The notes below the pieces were generated by a model. The model saw nothing but the letters and a program-made list of their open reading frames with translations. It was not told the DNA's origin and ran no database searches. This document shows, one piece after another, positions 1 to 9,108 of a stretch of 24,977 bases of DNA. Every line of letters starts with the position of its first letter. Within the stretch, counting starts at the first letter, position 1. The position numbers and the translations under genes were made by a program. Origin of the DNA: a virus (Duplodnaviria > Caudoviricetes); IMG/VR virus record IMGVR_UViG_3300008448_000588, positions 1-24,977 of that record. The stretch is one strand, 5' to 3'.

Positions 1-198
1 ATGTGTACCCTCTGGAGCTGGAATCATCTCACCATCAGCAACAACAAAAACAGGCATCCCAACCTCAAGAGCTTCATACTCAATGACAGTCACACCATCA
101 ACCAAAGTTGCTTGCTCAAAATTTGAGGCCTCTTTTTTGTGGAATGCTCCCTTTATTTCGGATAGCAAGTCCATTACCTTCTTGAAATTTTGATTCAT
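1..198 (-). CDS. Partial ORF (runs off left edge), probable capsid scaffolding-type protein
   Basis: Hand-translated, not in ORF track: ATG at 198, MNQNFKKVMDLLSEIKGAFHKKEASNFEQATLVDGVTVIEYEALEVGMPVFVVADGEMIPAPEGTH..., open to base 1. Lies directly after the prohead protease and a late-promoter motif. The function is inferred from position. Confidence 0.6.
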   Translation of the reverse strand, partial: MNQNFKKVMDLLSEIKGAFHKKEASNFEQATLVDGVTVIEYEALEVGMPVFVVADGEMIPAPEGTH

Positions 199-211
199 TT
201 TATTGTTTATT

Positions 212-229
212 TATTATGTGTTATTGTTC
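212..229 (-). promoter_or_regulatory. Candidate phage late promoter GAACA-N6-CATAATA
   Basis: Minus strand GAACA ATAACA CATAATA, 13 nt before the ATG at 198. The same motif and spacing occur at 1132, 10839 and 13350. Confidence 0.65.
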
Positions 230-1126
230 TAAAATTCCAGCTTGCTTCAATTTAGATGCGGCCCATCTCTTGCCAGCAAGTCCTCCCCATAATAGATATG
301 ATATGGTGCCACAAGCATTGGAATCCTCTGGATCATAATACTCCTCTGCTCTTGAGAGATAGGAATACATGCGTCTAATTGTTGACAGGCTGAGATTCTT
401 TCTCTGTGACAACTGCCTGGCTCTGATTTTGCCTGTCTGAGTTGCACACTTGTTGCCATTCTTTTCATTCAGCTCAATGCCTCTCTTGGCATTGTTCACA
501 ACAGCATCTGGATAGTCATTGAAAAAAATGATGTATTCACTCACCTTCTTGAGCTCTGTGTACAATTGGCCCATGAACTCCTCTTCCATTGTTGATCCTG
601 TCTCAATCAAGTTGAATACACCCTCAATGGAGAATCCTTTGAACACTCCATTCTTGGCGGCCTCATAAACTTCCTTGTCAGTTACTTTGTAGCTCACAAG
701 CCAAGAGCCATTGGTTGCATCCTTGAATCTCTCAGGAGCTGTGAATCCTTTCTCATTGTCAATCACATAACTCATGACCATGTATATACCATCAACAACT
801 CTTGTCTCATCATGCTCAAGATTTACATTGTTGAAATTGTTTCTCCTGGCATAATCAAAAACAATGTCTTTGATGGCCTTTGGTGTGAACACAACATAGT
901 ACTCCTCATTTGTATCATCCTCTCTCCGATATATTGGAGTATCCGCTGAGATGGCAATCCCTGTGATGATCTGCTCATCATCATTGAATTGATATTTCCT
1001 TTGCTTTGAGAAGGTGTCAAATAGCTTCTCATGTGCTGGATGCACAACCAAGGAATTGAATGACACTGTTGTATCTGTATCCTGGAGATCAATCATGATC
1101 TCATATACTGGCAATTCTCTCATCAT
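221..1126 (-). CDS. Prohead maturation protease, XkdF-like, with an extra C-terminal domain
   Basis: Motifs IPIYR-like (DTPIYRR), YYVVFT, NVNLEHD (His), GSWLVSYKV and GVFKGFSIEG (Ser) are typical of XkdF-like phage serine proteases. Followed by a ~95-aa basic domain (YPDAVVNNAKRG...ISYLLWGG). Confidence 0.8.
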   Translation of the reverse strand: MMRELPVYEIMIDLQDTDTTVSFNSLVVHPAHEKLFDTFSKQRKYQFNDDEQIITGIAISADTPIYRREDDTNEEYYVVFTPKAIKDIVFDYARRNNFNNVNLEHDETRVVDGIYMVMSYVIDNEKGFTAPERFKDATNGSWLVSYKVTDKEVYEAAKNGVFKGFSIEGVFNLIETGSTMEEEFMGQLYTELKKVSEYIIFFNDYPDAVVNNAKRGIELNEKNGNKCATQTGKIRARQLSQRKNLSLSTIRRMYSYLSRAEEYYDPEDSNACGTISYLLWGGLAGKRWAASKLKQAGILEQ

Positions 1127-1131
1127 ATATA

Positions 1132-1149
1132 TATTATGTATCTTTGTTC
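1132..1149 (-). promoter_or_regulatory. Candidate phage late promoter GAACA-N6-CATAATA
   Basis: Minus strand GAACA AAGATA CATAATA immediately upstream of the protease ATG. Confidence 0.65.
1139..1146 (+). promoter_or_regulatory. Bacteroidota -7 promoter box TAnnTTTG for the Stealth-like gene
   Basis: TATCTTTG 4 nt before the ATG at 1151. No clear -33 TTG seen. Confidence 0.45.
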
Positions 1150-1150
1150 A

Positions 1151-1804
1151 ATGGTATTTGTATATCCATACAGGAGGAGCCCTGATCACTTTGATATCTT
1201 GCAATCAATTGCCTGGATCAAGAGAGTATATCCAGAGGCAATCATTTACACCATTGGTGATGCTGTGCCTGGAGCTCTCAATATACCATGCACTCAGTAC
1301 AATAATATCAGAGGGATTGATGTGACCAACAGGATCTTGACTTTTGCCAGGACCATTGGAGGAGAATTCGTGTATATGAATGATGACTTTTACATATCAG
1401 AGAAATGGTGCCCTGATATTGCATATTTCAAAGGAATCCTGGAGATCAATGCCAATCATCCTCCGCATTATCAAGAGGCCGCAAGAAATACAGCTGAGTT
1501 TCTCATGCACAACAAGTTCCCTCTCAACAACTACGAATGCCATCAGCCTGTCAAGATGAACTCTGCCAAGTTGATCAAGCTCTTTGATCAGATCAACTGG
1601 CAAGATGGCAACCATTTTATCAAGAGCATATATCTCAATGTGTACAAATGTAATGCTCAGCCAGGTGAGAATGTAAAGTTGCACAGGCCAGATGTGACAA
1701 AAGCATCCGAATTCCTGAGAATATATGGATGCTTCAGCACTGGAGAGGCCTTTCTTTCAAAGGCTGGAGTTGATTTCTTAAAAAGAGGTCTTAGCCTCTT
1801 GTAA
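1151..1804 (+). CDS. Stealth-family-like (hexose-1-phosphate transferase-like) protein
   Basis: N-terminal VFVYPY, EFVYMNDDFY (Stealth CR2-like NDDF) and NYECHQP (CR3-like HxP). Only long credible plus-strand gene. The start is probably 1151 (MVFVYP) rather than 1136. Confidence 0.6.
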   Translation: MVFVYPYRRSPDHFDILQSIAWIKRVYPEAIIYTIGDAVPGALNIPCTQYNNIRGIDVTNRILTFARTIGGEFVYMNDDFYISEKWCPDIAYFKGILEINANHPPHYQEAARNTAEFLMHNKFPLNNYECHQPVKMNSAKLIKLFDQINWQDGNHFIKSIYLNVYKCNAQPGENVKLHRPDVTKASEFLRIYGCFSTGEAFLSKAGVDFLKRGLSLL

Positions 1805-4165
1805 TTTTACTTTATTCTGTGTTCCTGTGATATCTGATTCAAGCACAACAACCTGAGAAAGATTCACACCAGGCTGAGCTCCTTGTCCTAATGTTGACAA
1901 GTTTGTTGTCTGAGCATTGGTGTTGGCTGTGAATGATGATGCACTGGCTCCTGTTAAATTAGGAACTGATCCTGTATCACCAGAGGCTGATGGTGTGCCT
2001 CCTCCTTCAAATTTCTGAGATGCTATTTTAGCCACATTTACAATTCCAGATGATATTGCCAAGCCAGCTGCAATGAATGGTTGTGCTGGAAAGAGTATGC
2101 TTGATGGATTGGCAGCAGCACTGGCAAAGATGGCATTGGCACCCTTGTATGTTTCAATGGTTGCCTGTGCAATGGAGGATGCTTTCTGAATCATGAATGC
2201 TCTCTTTGCTGCCTTCTCATTCTTTTTGCCAAATAGATCAGCAACATCAGAGATTAGCTTGAATGTTTCTGTTGCTGCAAAGAGTTTAAATTCCAGGATG
2301 TCCTGTTCTCTCTTGAGATCTTTCTGCCTTTGTTCCTCATTCTGTTTATCTCTCTGCTCTTGATATTTTAAATTGATGTTGTTTAATTCATTGGCCTTTG
2401 CAATCTCAATCTCCTGGAGAGCAACTGCATTGCCTTGAGCCAATGTCTCAAGCTCGAAATACTTATCTTGAATAGCCAATACTTCTCTCTCCTGATCAGA
2501 CAATGTTGCCAGATAGTTCTGTTCAGAAAGATCCTCAATCATTTTTAGGAGCTCTCTCTCTTGCTTAATCTTGAAATCAAGAGCTGTTTTCTCAGCCTCT
2601 TGTTGTTTTTTTAATGCAGCATTATCAAGAGCCTGGAGATCTCTTTGCAACTTCTCATCAATTAGTTTTTTCAATGTTGCTTTTTTCTCCTCATCAGCTT
2701 TGAGCTTATTAATTTCTTTTGTGCTTCTCTCAGCATCTTTCAACAATTTTGCTCTTGCTCTGATATCCTCATTCTGAATTGCTTCAATCTGAGCATCCTC
2801 AATTTGTTTTATTAAATTTTTGTTATTATCAGCTCTTTCTTTTGCTCTTGCCTTTGCATCATCCGCGGCTTTCTTATTTCTTTCTTTTTGAGCATCCTCG
2901 GATTCTTTATTGTTTTTTGCTTCATTTACAGCAAGAGAATTTTCTGCATCCTTGATTGATTCTATTAATTCAACCCTTTGTTTTGTAATTTCTTGAAATC
3001 TTATAACTCTCTGATCTTGTGCCGCGCTTAGTCTCTTGAGCCGTTCAGCCGTTTCTCTTGAGGAATTTATTTCAATTTCAAGCTCTTTGAGTTTCTCTTT
3101 TTGATATTTGATTGATTCCTCAATCTTTAACTTGGTTAATTTTTTAGTATCTTTTCCTTGAGCATCTAGCAATTCAAGCTCTCTATCATATTGTTTTTGA
3201 CTTGAATTAAATTGATCCTCTCTGACCTTTGCAAGATCCTCTCTGGCTTTTATTTCTGATTGTATTCTTGATACTGTTTTATTATGAGCCTCCTCCTCTG
3301 CAAAGTTTGTCAAGCCGATTGCATCTCCAATTGCTTTAAATCCATCAATGACAGGCTTCATGAACTTGACAACCTTGTCAAAATTAGCAACCAATAAACC
3401 AAGGCCCACAATCAAGGCACCAATACCAGTTGCAAGCAAGGCTCCTCTGAATAATTTGAGAGCAATATTTGTTGCTGTTGTGGCTCCAGTCATTGCAACC
3501 TTTGCTCCAGTTGCTGCCTTGGTTGCTGTTGACTCAGCTGTCACAGCCGCAGCTGATCCATAGATAATAAAGTTTTGAGCTTTCTGGAGGGCTGATCTCA
3601 ACTGAATTCCAAGTATGGCATCCTTGTTAAGATTGTTGGCAACAGTCTGAACAGCATTAACCAATCCCTGTGCTGCCTGGAGCTTGACCATTGTCTGGAC
3701 CAAAGCCTCTGATTCCACACCTGTCAAGGCAATGGCTGATTGCACTCCCTGGAATGCAGCTGCTCCTGTCTCAACTCCAGCAAGAGCTGTGTCCAGCTTC
3801 ACTGTGTCTGATGCAAGGGCCGTTGTTGCTGCTCTCAGATCTCCAATCTCATCTTTTAATTGTGCCGCATTCTGAATGGCTTGTTGACCTATTGGTGATT
3901 GTGATCCTGATTGTGCTGCCAAGGTCTGATATTCCTTCATGAGCTTGGTCATGTCACGCATGCTCAAGCCACCAGCCTCAAGTCTCTCATTGAGCTCCTG
4001 GAGCTTGGCCTCGAATTGGTCCATGCCAGTTTGTTGAGAGGCCGTTGTCTGAGTCTCTTTGAGATCTTTATTCAGATTCTGTACAGCCTGGTCAAAGTTC
4101 TGAACATCCTGTACCGAGTTGCCTGTGTCAACTCTCAGTGTGAATACCGCTTGCTTATCTGCCAT
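1778..4165 (-). CDS. Tail tape measure protein
   Basis: 795 aa, Ala/Gln/Lys-rich helical and coiled-coil sequence with hydrophobic LLATGIGALIVGLGLLV and FIAAGLAISSGIVNVAKI segments, C-terminal VVVLESDIT. Located in the tail module. Confidence 0.8.
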   Translation of the reverse strand: MADKQAVFTLRVDTGNSVQDVQNFDQAVQNLNKDLKETQTTASQQTGMDQFEAKLQELNERLEAGGLSMRDMTKLMKEYQTLAAQSGSQSPIGQQAIQNAAQLKDEIGDLRAATTALASDTVKLDTALAGVETGAAAFQGVQSAIALTGVESEALVQTMVKLQAAQGLVNAVQTVANNLNKDAILGIQLRSALQKAQNFIIYGSAAAVTAESTATKAATGAKVAMTGATTATNIALKLFRGALLATGIGALIVGLGLLVANFDKVVKFMKPVIDGFKAIGDAIGLTNFAEEEAHNKTVSRIQSEIKAREDLAKVREDQFNSSQKQYDRELELLDAQGKDTKKLTKLKIEESIKYQKEKLKELEIEINSSRETAERLKRLSAAQDQRVIRFQEITKQRVELIESIKDAENSLAVNEAKNNKESEDAQKERNKKAADDAKARAKERADNNKNLIKQIEDAQIEAIQNEDIRARAKLLKDAERSTKEINKLKADEEKKATLKKLIDEKLQRDLQALDNAALKKQQEAEKTALDFKIKQERELLKMIEDLSEQNYLATLSDQEREVLAIQDKYFELETLAQGNAVALQEIEIAKANELNNINLKYQEQRDKQNEEQRQKDLKREQDILEFKLFAATETFKLISDVADLFGKKNEKAAKRAFMIQKASSIAQATIETYKGANAIFASAAANPSSILFPAQPFIAAGLAISSGIVNVAKIASQKFEGGGTPSASGDTGSVPNLTGASASSFTANTNAQTTNLSTLGQGAQPGVNLSQVVVLESDITGTQNKVKLQEAKTSF

Positions 4166-4167
4166 AT

Positions 4168-4419
4168 TTATTCAAATGGAGGGGGTGTTGGTTTCGGCTC
4201 ATAAATAATAACATCTAAATCCTTAACCCATAAAAAGTCAGGATTAACTGTTTGTTCCATCTCTTCAATAGAGATTATCCAGTTTAAATTTAGGTCTTGA
4301 ATAGGATTGAAATAAGAGTCAGGTGCATACCATTGACCGACTAATTCGTCTTTCTGTACCTCTGTCAATAGTCCGACATAGGTTAACTTTTGTTCTGTTG
4401 TTAAATCTGTTAGTTTCAT
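4168..4419 (-). CDS. Hypothetical protein, partner of the adjacent repeat-domain virion protein
   Basis: 83 aa ORF overlapping the stop of 4416..6014 and sharing its atypical base composition. Confidence 0.65.
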   Translation of the reverse strand: MKLTDLTTEQKLTYVGLLTEVQKDELVGQWYAPDSYFNPIQDLNLNWIISIEEMEQTVNPDFLWVKDLDVIIYEPKPTPPPFE

Positions 4420-6014
4420 ACGTTTCTATTTAAAGCTGTATTAAAAGTTTGAACTCTATTTGTTAAATTAGTCGCTTCTGTATCGTCAAGTCCATCTCCT
4501 ATTGAGGCAAAAGCACATTCTCTATCTGTATAATAATTAAATCCTCCTGGATTATTATAAGCTAACAAGAATATATTAATATTATTTAATGTATTGCTTA
4601 AAGTTGAATCATTAAACAATACAGAACTATTACGGTACAATTTCATAGCTGTTGAATTAACTCTTGAAGCTATAAAAAACCCTTGCATATTTGGAGATGC
4701 TCCTGGACCTGCTTGTGCAGAGTTAACTGCTCGATATGCTGTATTTGCACCTGAAAATTTAGGAGCAATAAATAATCTACTATTATTATTAATATCATTA
4801 ACGCCCATTTCAACATTTTCAGATGTAGATGTATCAGTTCTTGAATAAAAAGATATATGAGTGCTATTCAAACTTAACACACTTGAAGGTGAAAGTTTAG
4901 TATCGGCATAACCATTAACGCCACCTAATAAACCTGTTGAACTATATGTTAATCCTCCGCTATAAGTTAATCTAAATGCAGCATCCGTATCTAATGGGTT
5001 TTTAAGATTAAATTTAAAGCTACTTGAAGACGAACCAACAAACGGATAAACCGCTTTCATCTTAGTCCACAAGCTATCAGCTTTTAATCCTATTACTAAA
5101 TTGTTTATTGCGTTAGCTTCTACTTGGTCAACTATACCTGCGTTAGTTACAAATGCTTGTGCATCAGCATCACTTACTGTTTGTGTGCCTATGCTACGTC
5201 CTAAAGTAGTTTGAAATGCTTGTACCGCTGTGTAAAAGTTAGCTGCTTCGGTTGAATCTAATGTATCTCCTAAAAATGCAAAAGCTAATGTTCCGTTGAA
5301 ATAAAGGTCTGCTGTTCCATTGTAATTTCTTGCACCTAAAAAAACTGCAAAAGCTGGTGCAACTTGATTTCCACCTGTGAATGAATTGATAGATGACCCG
5401 TTTCTGTACAATCTTGAAACTGTTAAACTATCTTTGTTTATATGCCAAAAACCAGTTGTATTTGCAACAAGATTAGTGCCTCCATTTATTAGGTCATTAT
5501 TAACCCAATAATAAGTAATATTATTTGAAAATTTTGGAATCAAACCAAAACCTTGAAATGCAGCATTCAAAGAACCAAATGTAGCAGAATCAGCTGTTAA
5601 ATTAGTCCTTGAATAAACACCACCGCTAACATTGCTTGTTGTGCTATTTACACTTGGCAACCATTTAGTGTTTGCATATCCATTTGTAGCAAATGTAATT
5701 CCATTGCTTGAATGAGTAACACCACCATGAAATGTCATTCTAAAGGCAGCGTCCGTATCTAAAGGATTCTTAAGGTTAAACTTATGAGCTGTACTTGTTC
5801 CACCTACCATTGGATATAAGGCTTCCATTTTACTCCAAATAGAATATCCTTTTAAGTCAACTACTAATTGATTAATAGCACTTTGTTGAGTAGGGTCTGT
5901 AATTGATGCAGCTGTTATAAATGCTTGGGCATCTGGATCAACTGCTCCTCCTGATGCAGTCCTCGCTAATATTCCGTGTGTTGCTAAAAACATACTATTT
6001 CCGTAACCTATCAT
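4416..6014 (-). CDS. Putative virion appendage / receptor-binding protein with two tandem ~255-aa beta-rich (possibly ConA/LamG-like) repeats
   Basis: DAQAF...AINxLVxxLK...W.KM.A.YP.VG...KFNLKNPLDTDAAFR...AFA..GD.LD.TEA.N....VQ.F.T.L.R occurs twice. Start taken at 6014 (ATGA overlap with the upstream stop). The fold assignment is inference. Confidence 0.6.
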   Translation of the reverse strand: MIGYGNSMFLATHGILARTASGGAVDPDAQAFITAASITDPTQQSAINQLVVDLKGYSIWSKMEALYPMVGGTSTAHKFNLKNPLDTDAAFRMTFHGGVTHSSNGITFATNGYANTKWLPSVNSTTSNVSGGVYSRTNLTADSATFGSLNAAFQGFGLIPKFSNNITYYWVNNDLINGGTNLVANTTGFWHINKDSLTVSRLYRNGSSINSFTGGNQVAPAFAVFLGARNYNGTADLYFNGTLAFAFLGDTLDSTEAANFYTAVQAFQTTLGRSIGTQTVSDADAQAFVTNAGIVDQVEANAINNLVIGLKADSLWTKMKAVYPFVGSSSSSFKFNLKNPLDTDAAFRLTYSGGLTYSSTGLLGGVNGYADTKLSPSSVLSLNSTHISFYSRTDTSTSENVEMGVNDINNNSRLFIAPKFSGANTAYRAVNSAQAGPGASPNMQGFFIASRVNSTAMKLYRNSSVLFNDSTLSNTLNNINIFLLAYNNPGGFNYYTDRECAFASIGDGLDDTEATNLTNRVQTFNTALNRNV

Positions 6015-6277
6015 AATACTAAACAAACTGATCCTGATACTAAATCAACTGCACTGAATTTCTGTGCCTCTGTTGGCCTGATGATTGCTCCAGCTTTCAC
6101 AGCTGTTCCTGTGGCTGCAATGTAACTTGATTTCACATCAACTCCTCCAATCTTGATGGAGTTGAATACTGTGTCCTCAAGCACAACAATGGCATCATGG
6201 AGAATTGTTTTCTCTGTTGTATCATTCACAATGAATGTTCCTTGACTTGCTGAAATTACACTTAAATCTGTACTCAT
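6011..6277 (-). CDS. Small hypothetical virion protein
   Basis: 88 aa beta-rich ORF in the structural operon with an A-rich start context. Confidence 0.65.
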   Translation of the reverse strand: MSTDLSVISASQGTFIVNDTTEKTILHDAIVVLEDTVFNSIKIGGVDVKSSYIAATGTAVKAGAIIRPTEAQKFSAVDLVSGSVCLVL

Positions 6278-6289
6278 TTTATTTTTATT

Positions 6290-6751
6290 TTACGTTGTTA
6301 TATCACCAGCAAGAGCCCACTCATTTGATCCAATCTTGATCAATGAGGCCTCTGCATATTGTGCTGAAAGTTTTGTCTTGCCACCAGAGGATCTCAATGT
6401 CACTCCTCCTGATGTTGTCACTGTTGTCTGACCAGCTCCATATTGAATCAACAAAATCTGTGTTCCTATTGGAAAGTTTACTGATGACTCAGCTGGAACT
6501 CTCAAGTCATTGGCTCCAGCATTGGTCAATTTTAGCAACTTGCCAGCATCACTGAGTTGCAAGGTTGTCAAGGCAGCTGTGTATTCTGTGATGTTCAGAG
6601 CATAGGTCTTGATTGCCTCTCTGATCTGAGCTCCTGTCATTTTTCTTGAGACATACACACCAGCTGAGACATATTGCTCAACTTCAATGATGTCATTATC
6701 AGCAAATGTGCTGGTTGCTAAGGATGTTAAATCTTGAATCTTTACTCCCAT
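6290..6751 (-). CDS. Tail fibre / baseplate-associated small structural protein
   Basis: VPAESSVNFPIGTQILLIQYGAGQTTV...LSAQYAEASLIKIGSNEWALAGD resembles a domain common at phage tail-fibre termini. Confidence 0.6.
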   Translation of the reverse strand: MGVKIQDLTSLATSTFADNDIIEVEQYVSAGVYVSRKMTGAQIREAIKTYALNITEYTAALTTLQLSDAGKLLKLTNAGANDLRVPAESSVNFPIGTQILLIQYGAGQTTVTTSGGVTLRSSGGKTKLSAQYAEASLIKIGSNEWALAGDITT

Positions 6752-9108
6752 TATGCTTGAATTTCTCTGATGGTGCCATCCTGTGTGATCCTTATCTCAT
6801 CATCCTGTGTGAATCTTGCCTCAGGATCAGTGAATGGATCATAAGGAGGCACAACCGTTGTTGTTTGTATTCCCTCTCCTTGTATTATGCGAATCAGTTC
6901 TATTTGTGTACTTGTATTTTTTCCGCTGTCATAATCACTAACTTTCTGCAATCTGTACACAACTCCATCAATGTTGATTAAGTTTCTGAAATCAAGAGAA
7001 TTGATGTGCTCTGGTGCAAGCATTGCTGAGCAAGTCAGTTGCTTTCCAAATCTGCTCACCAGCTCCTTGATGAATCTCTCATGATACAAATACAAGTTGT
7101 TGGTTGTATATGTTGATGTGGACCAGAATACATAGTCAGGCACCCCAAAATTGAAATCAAATGAAGGTGAATCAAGAGAGTCAAGATGGCCCACATATGG
7201 ATAGGATGTCTCATTGCTGTCAACACCACTCTCATCCCTGTGTTCCCACTCTCCAGATTTCAAGCCACCAAGTTGCACAATGAAGGGCTTACCTTTTTTC
7301 TTTTCAATTAGACTGGTGCCATCCTCATTGAATTTCACCTGGAATGTTCTCGGCACAATCAGATCTGTGAATGATGATGGAGAATCCTCTGGTATCCTTG
7401 CCAATAGTTTTTGGCTGAATGGCAACTTGAATTCTGTATCATCCACAGCAAATTGGCTCTGAGATTGGACCAAGAATTGACCATATTGTTTCTGAACATC
7501 ATCAGTGTATCTTGTGTTCCAATAGTCATCATCCTCCTCAAAATTGAACTTGTAATTCTTAGCACTAAAATTGATTGTCGGAGTCACTGTGATATCCTTG
7601 CTCCTGTCAATCAGATGGCTCCAATCAAGAGCATCTCCAGATGCATTGTAGAAATCAGCCAAGGGCTCAATCTCCAGATATGATGGTGAGGATGTTGCTG
7701 GCTTGACATACAGATTGAATGCCGTAATCAAACCCTTGAAAAACACATCACAAGTCATATCAGGCAAGAATGCACTCAGCTCAACTGTACCTCCAGGAGC
7801 CAAGACTTGAGTATTCCTTGTGATATTCAGATCAGCTGTGTTGCTCACAATCTGTGTTGTGATGCCTTGCAAGCCTGGTGTTCCTCCAATTATTTGTGGC
7901 TCAATCAACTGATATCCTAATCTGAAAGTCAAGACATCATTGATCAGCATGTTTATTTCCCTGGTGTAATCAAAGGAATATGTCAAAGAGTAACCTGTTG
8001 AGGCACCCTCAAGAAGGCCCTCATAAATTACATCACCAGATACAGCATTGCCATTCTTGAATATCAACAACTGCAATCTGTAATTGCCATACATCAATGA
8101 GCCTCCTGTTGACCAGGTGATGTCATGATCACCAAGATAGTTAATGGTGAATAAGCCCTCTGTTGCGGCAACAAACTGCAAAGGAGCTGTTGTCTGAATC
8201 TGACCAAGATTGTCCTGATTGACAGATCCATCATAATCATCAAGCAAAGCAAGATCATTAAGAAACCAAACTCCATTGCCATATCCCTGTGTTGTGCCGT
8301 TGATGATGAATCCTCCAGTGTTGTTCTGCTCTGTTGTGAATGCTGAGTCATTATCACTCTGTGTTGCATCAATGGTTGGCAGATCTCCTCCAGGATAGGC
8401 CATCAACAGCCTCTTGAATAATTGGCTCTCAAGGAATGTGCTGGACCATTTAATGCCAGCATATGTGAATGCCTTCTCAAGGATCTCATAAACGAAAACT
8501 TGAGGAGGGATGTGCTCAACACCAAACGTGGATGGCGTTGGTCTTGTGTACCCGTAATCAATCAAGCCGTAGTAATAACCTCGGCCATCCCAGTCTGGTG
8601 AGTTGTACACATATGCTGGTGAGCCATTCAGCTCAATCAATCCACTCCATGAATTCTGTTGGTTGCTCAATGTCATGGCATGGTTGTATTCTGACCATCC
8701 AAGTTCATTGATCTTAATTTTGGCAAGCCTGGAGATATAGTCAATTGTGTCACTCACAAGAGTCACATCAAAGGACCAAACTCCTCCAGAGAGCTTGCAC
8801 TCCATGAGCTGTGCCACTCCATTAAACTCAAGCAAGCCATTCTGATAATACCTTGCACTTGCCTTGATGCTTGGATCAAAGTCAATGAAATCACTCTCAA
8901 CATCTGAGATCTTGTCAATGGATGACAAGGTGAATACTGAGAGCATAAGCTCATAATTTCTCCTGGTCCCTGGCAAGGTGATTGTCTTTGATTTGTTGCC
9001 TTTCCTTGCTGTCAGATCCTTGATGTCACTGATGTTGAATGTCAATGGAAATGGGATGCTCTGATCCAGGTCAACAAGCCTGTCATTTATGTAAAGTTCT
9101 CCAGCCAT
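6751..9108 (-). CDS. Large tail-tip / baseplate hub-like structural protein
   Basis: 785 aa. N-terminal ELYIND..VDL...FPLTFNISDIKD...SKTITLPGT..N is typical of siphovirus tail-tip proteins of Bacteroidota phages. Translationally coupled to both neighbours. Confidence 0.6.
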   Translation of the reverse strand: MAGELYINDRLVDLDQSIPFPLTFNISDIKDLTARKGNKSKTITLPGTRRNYELMLSVFTLSSIDKISDVESDFIDFDPSIKASARYYQNGLLEFNGVAQLMECKLSGGVWSFDVTLVSDTIDYISRLAKIKINELGWSEYNHAMTLSNQQNSWSGLIELNGSPAYVYNSPDWDGRGYYYGLIDYGYTRPTPSTFGVEHIPPQVFVYEILEKAFTYAGIKWSSTFLESQLFKRLLMAYPGGDLPTIDATQSDNDSAFTTEQNNTGGFIINGTTQGYGNGVWFLNDLALLDDYDGSVNQDNLGQIQTTAPLQFVAATEGLFTINYLGDHDITWSTGGSLMYGNYRLQLLIFKNGNAVSGDVIYEGLLEGASTGYSLTYSFDYTREINMLINDVLTFRLGYQLIEPQIIGGTPGLQGITTQIVSNTADLNITRNTQVLAPGGTVELSAFLPDMTCDVFFKGLITAFNLYVKPATSSPSYLEIEPLADFYNASGDALDWSHLIDRSKDITVTPTINFSAKNYKFNFEEDDDYWNTRYTDDVQKQYGQFLVQSQSQFAVDDTEFKLPFSQKLLARIPEDSPSSFTDLIVPRTFQVKFNEDGTSLIEKKKGKPFIVQLGGLKSGEWEHRDESGVDSNETSYPYVGHLDSLDSPSFDFNFGVPDYVFWSTSTYTTNNLYLYHERFIKELVSRFGKQLTCSAMLAPEHINSLDFRNLINIDGVVYRLQKVSDYDSGKNTSTQIELIRIIQGEGIQTTTVVPPYDPFTDPEARFTQDDEIRITQDGTIREIQA
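6883..6900 (-). promoter_or_regulatory. Possible fifth late-promoter copy GAACT-N6-CATAATA
   Basis: One mismatch to the consensus. Lies inside the 3' end of the 785-aa gene, ~130 nt upstream of the 6751 start. Confidence 0.35.

Noticed and set aside
4416-6014. Diversity-generating retroelement TR/VR pair
   Set aside because: The two repeats are full, diverged protein domains differing at all base types. There is no reverse transcriptase and no adenine-specific pattern.
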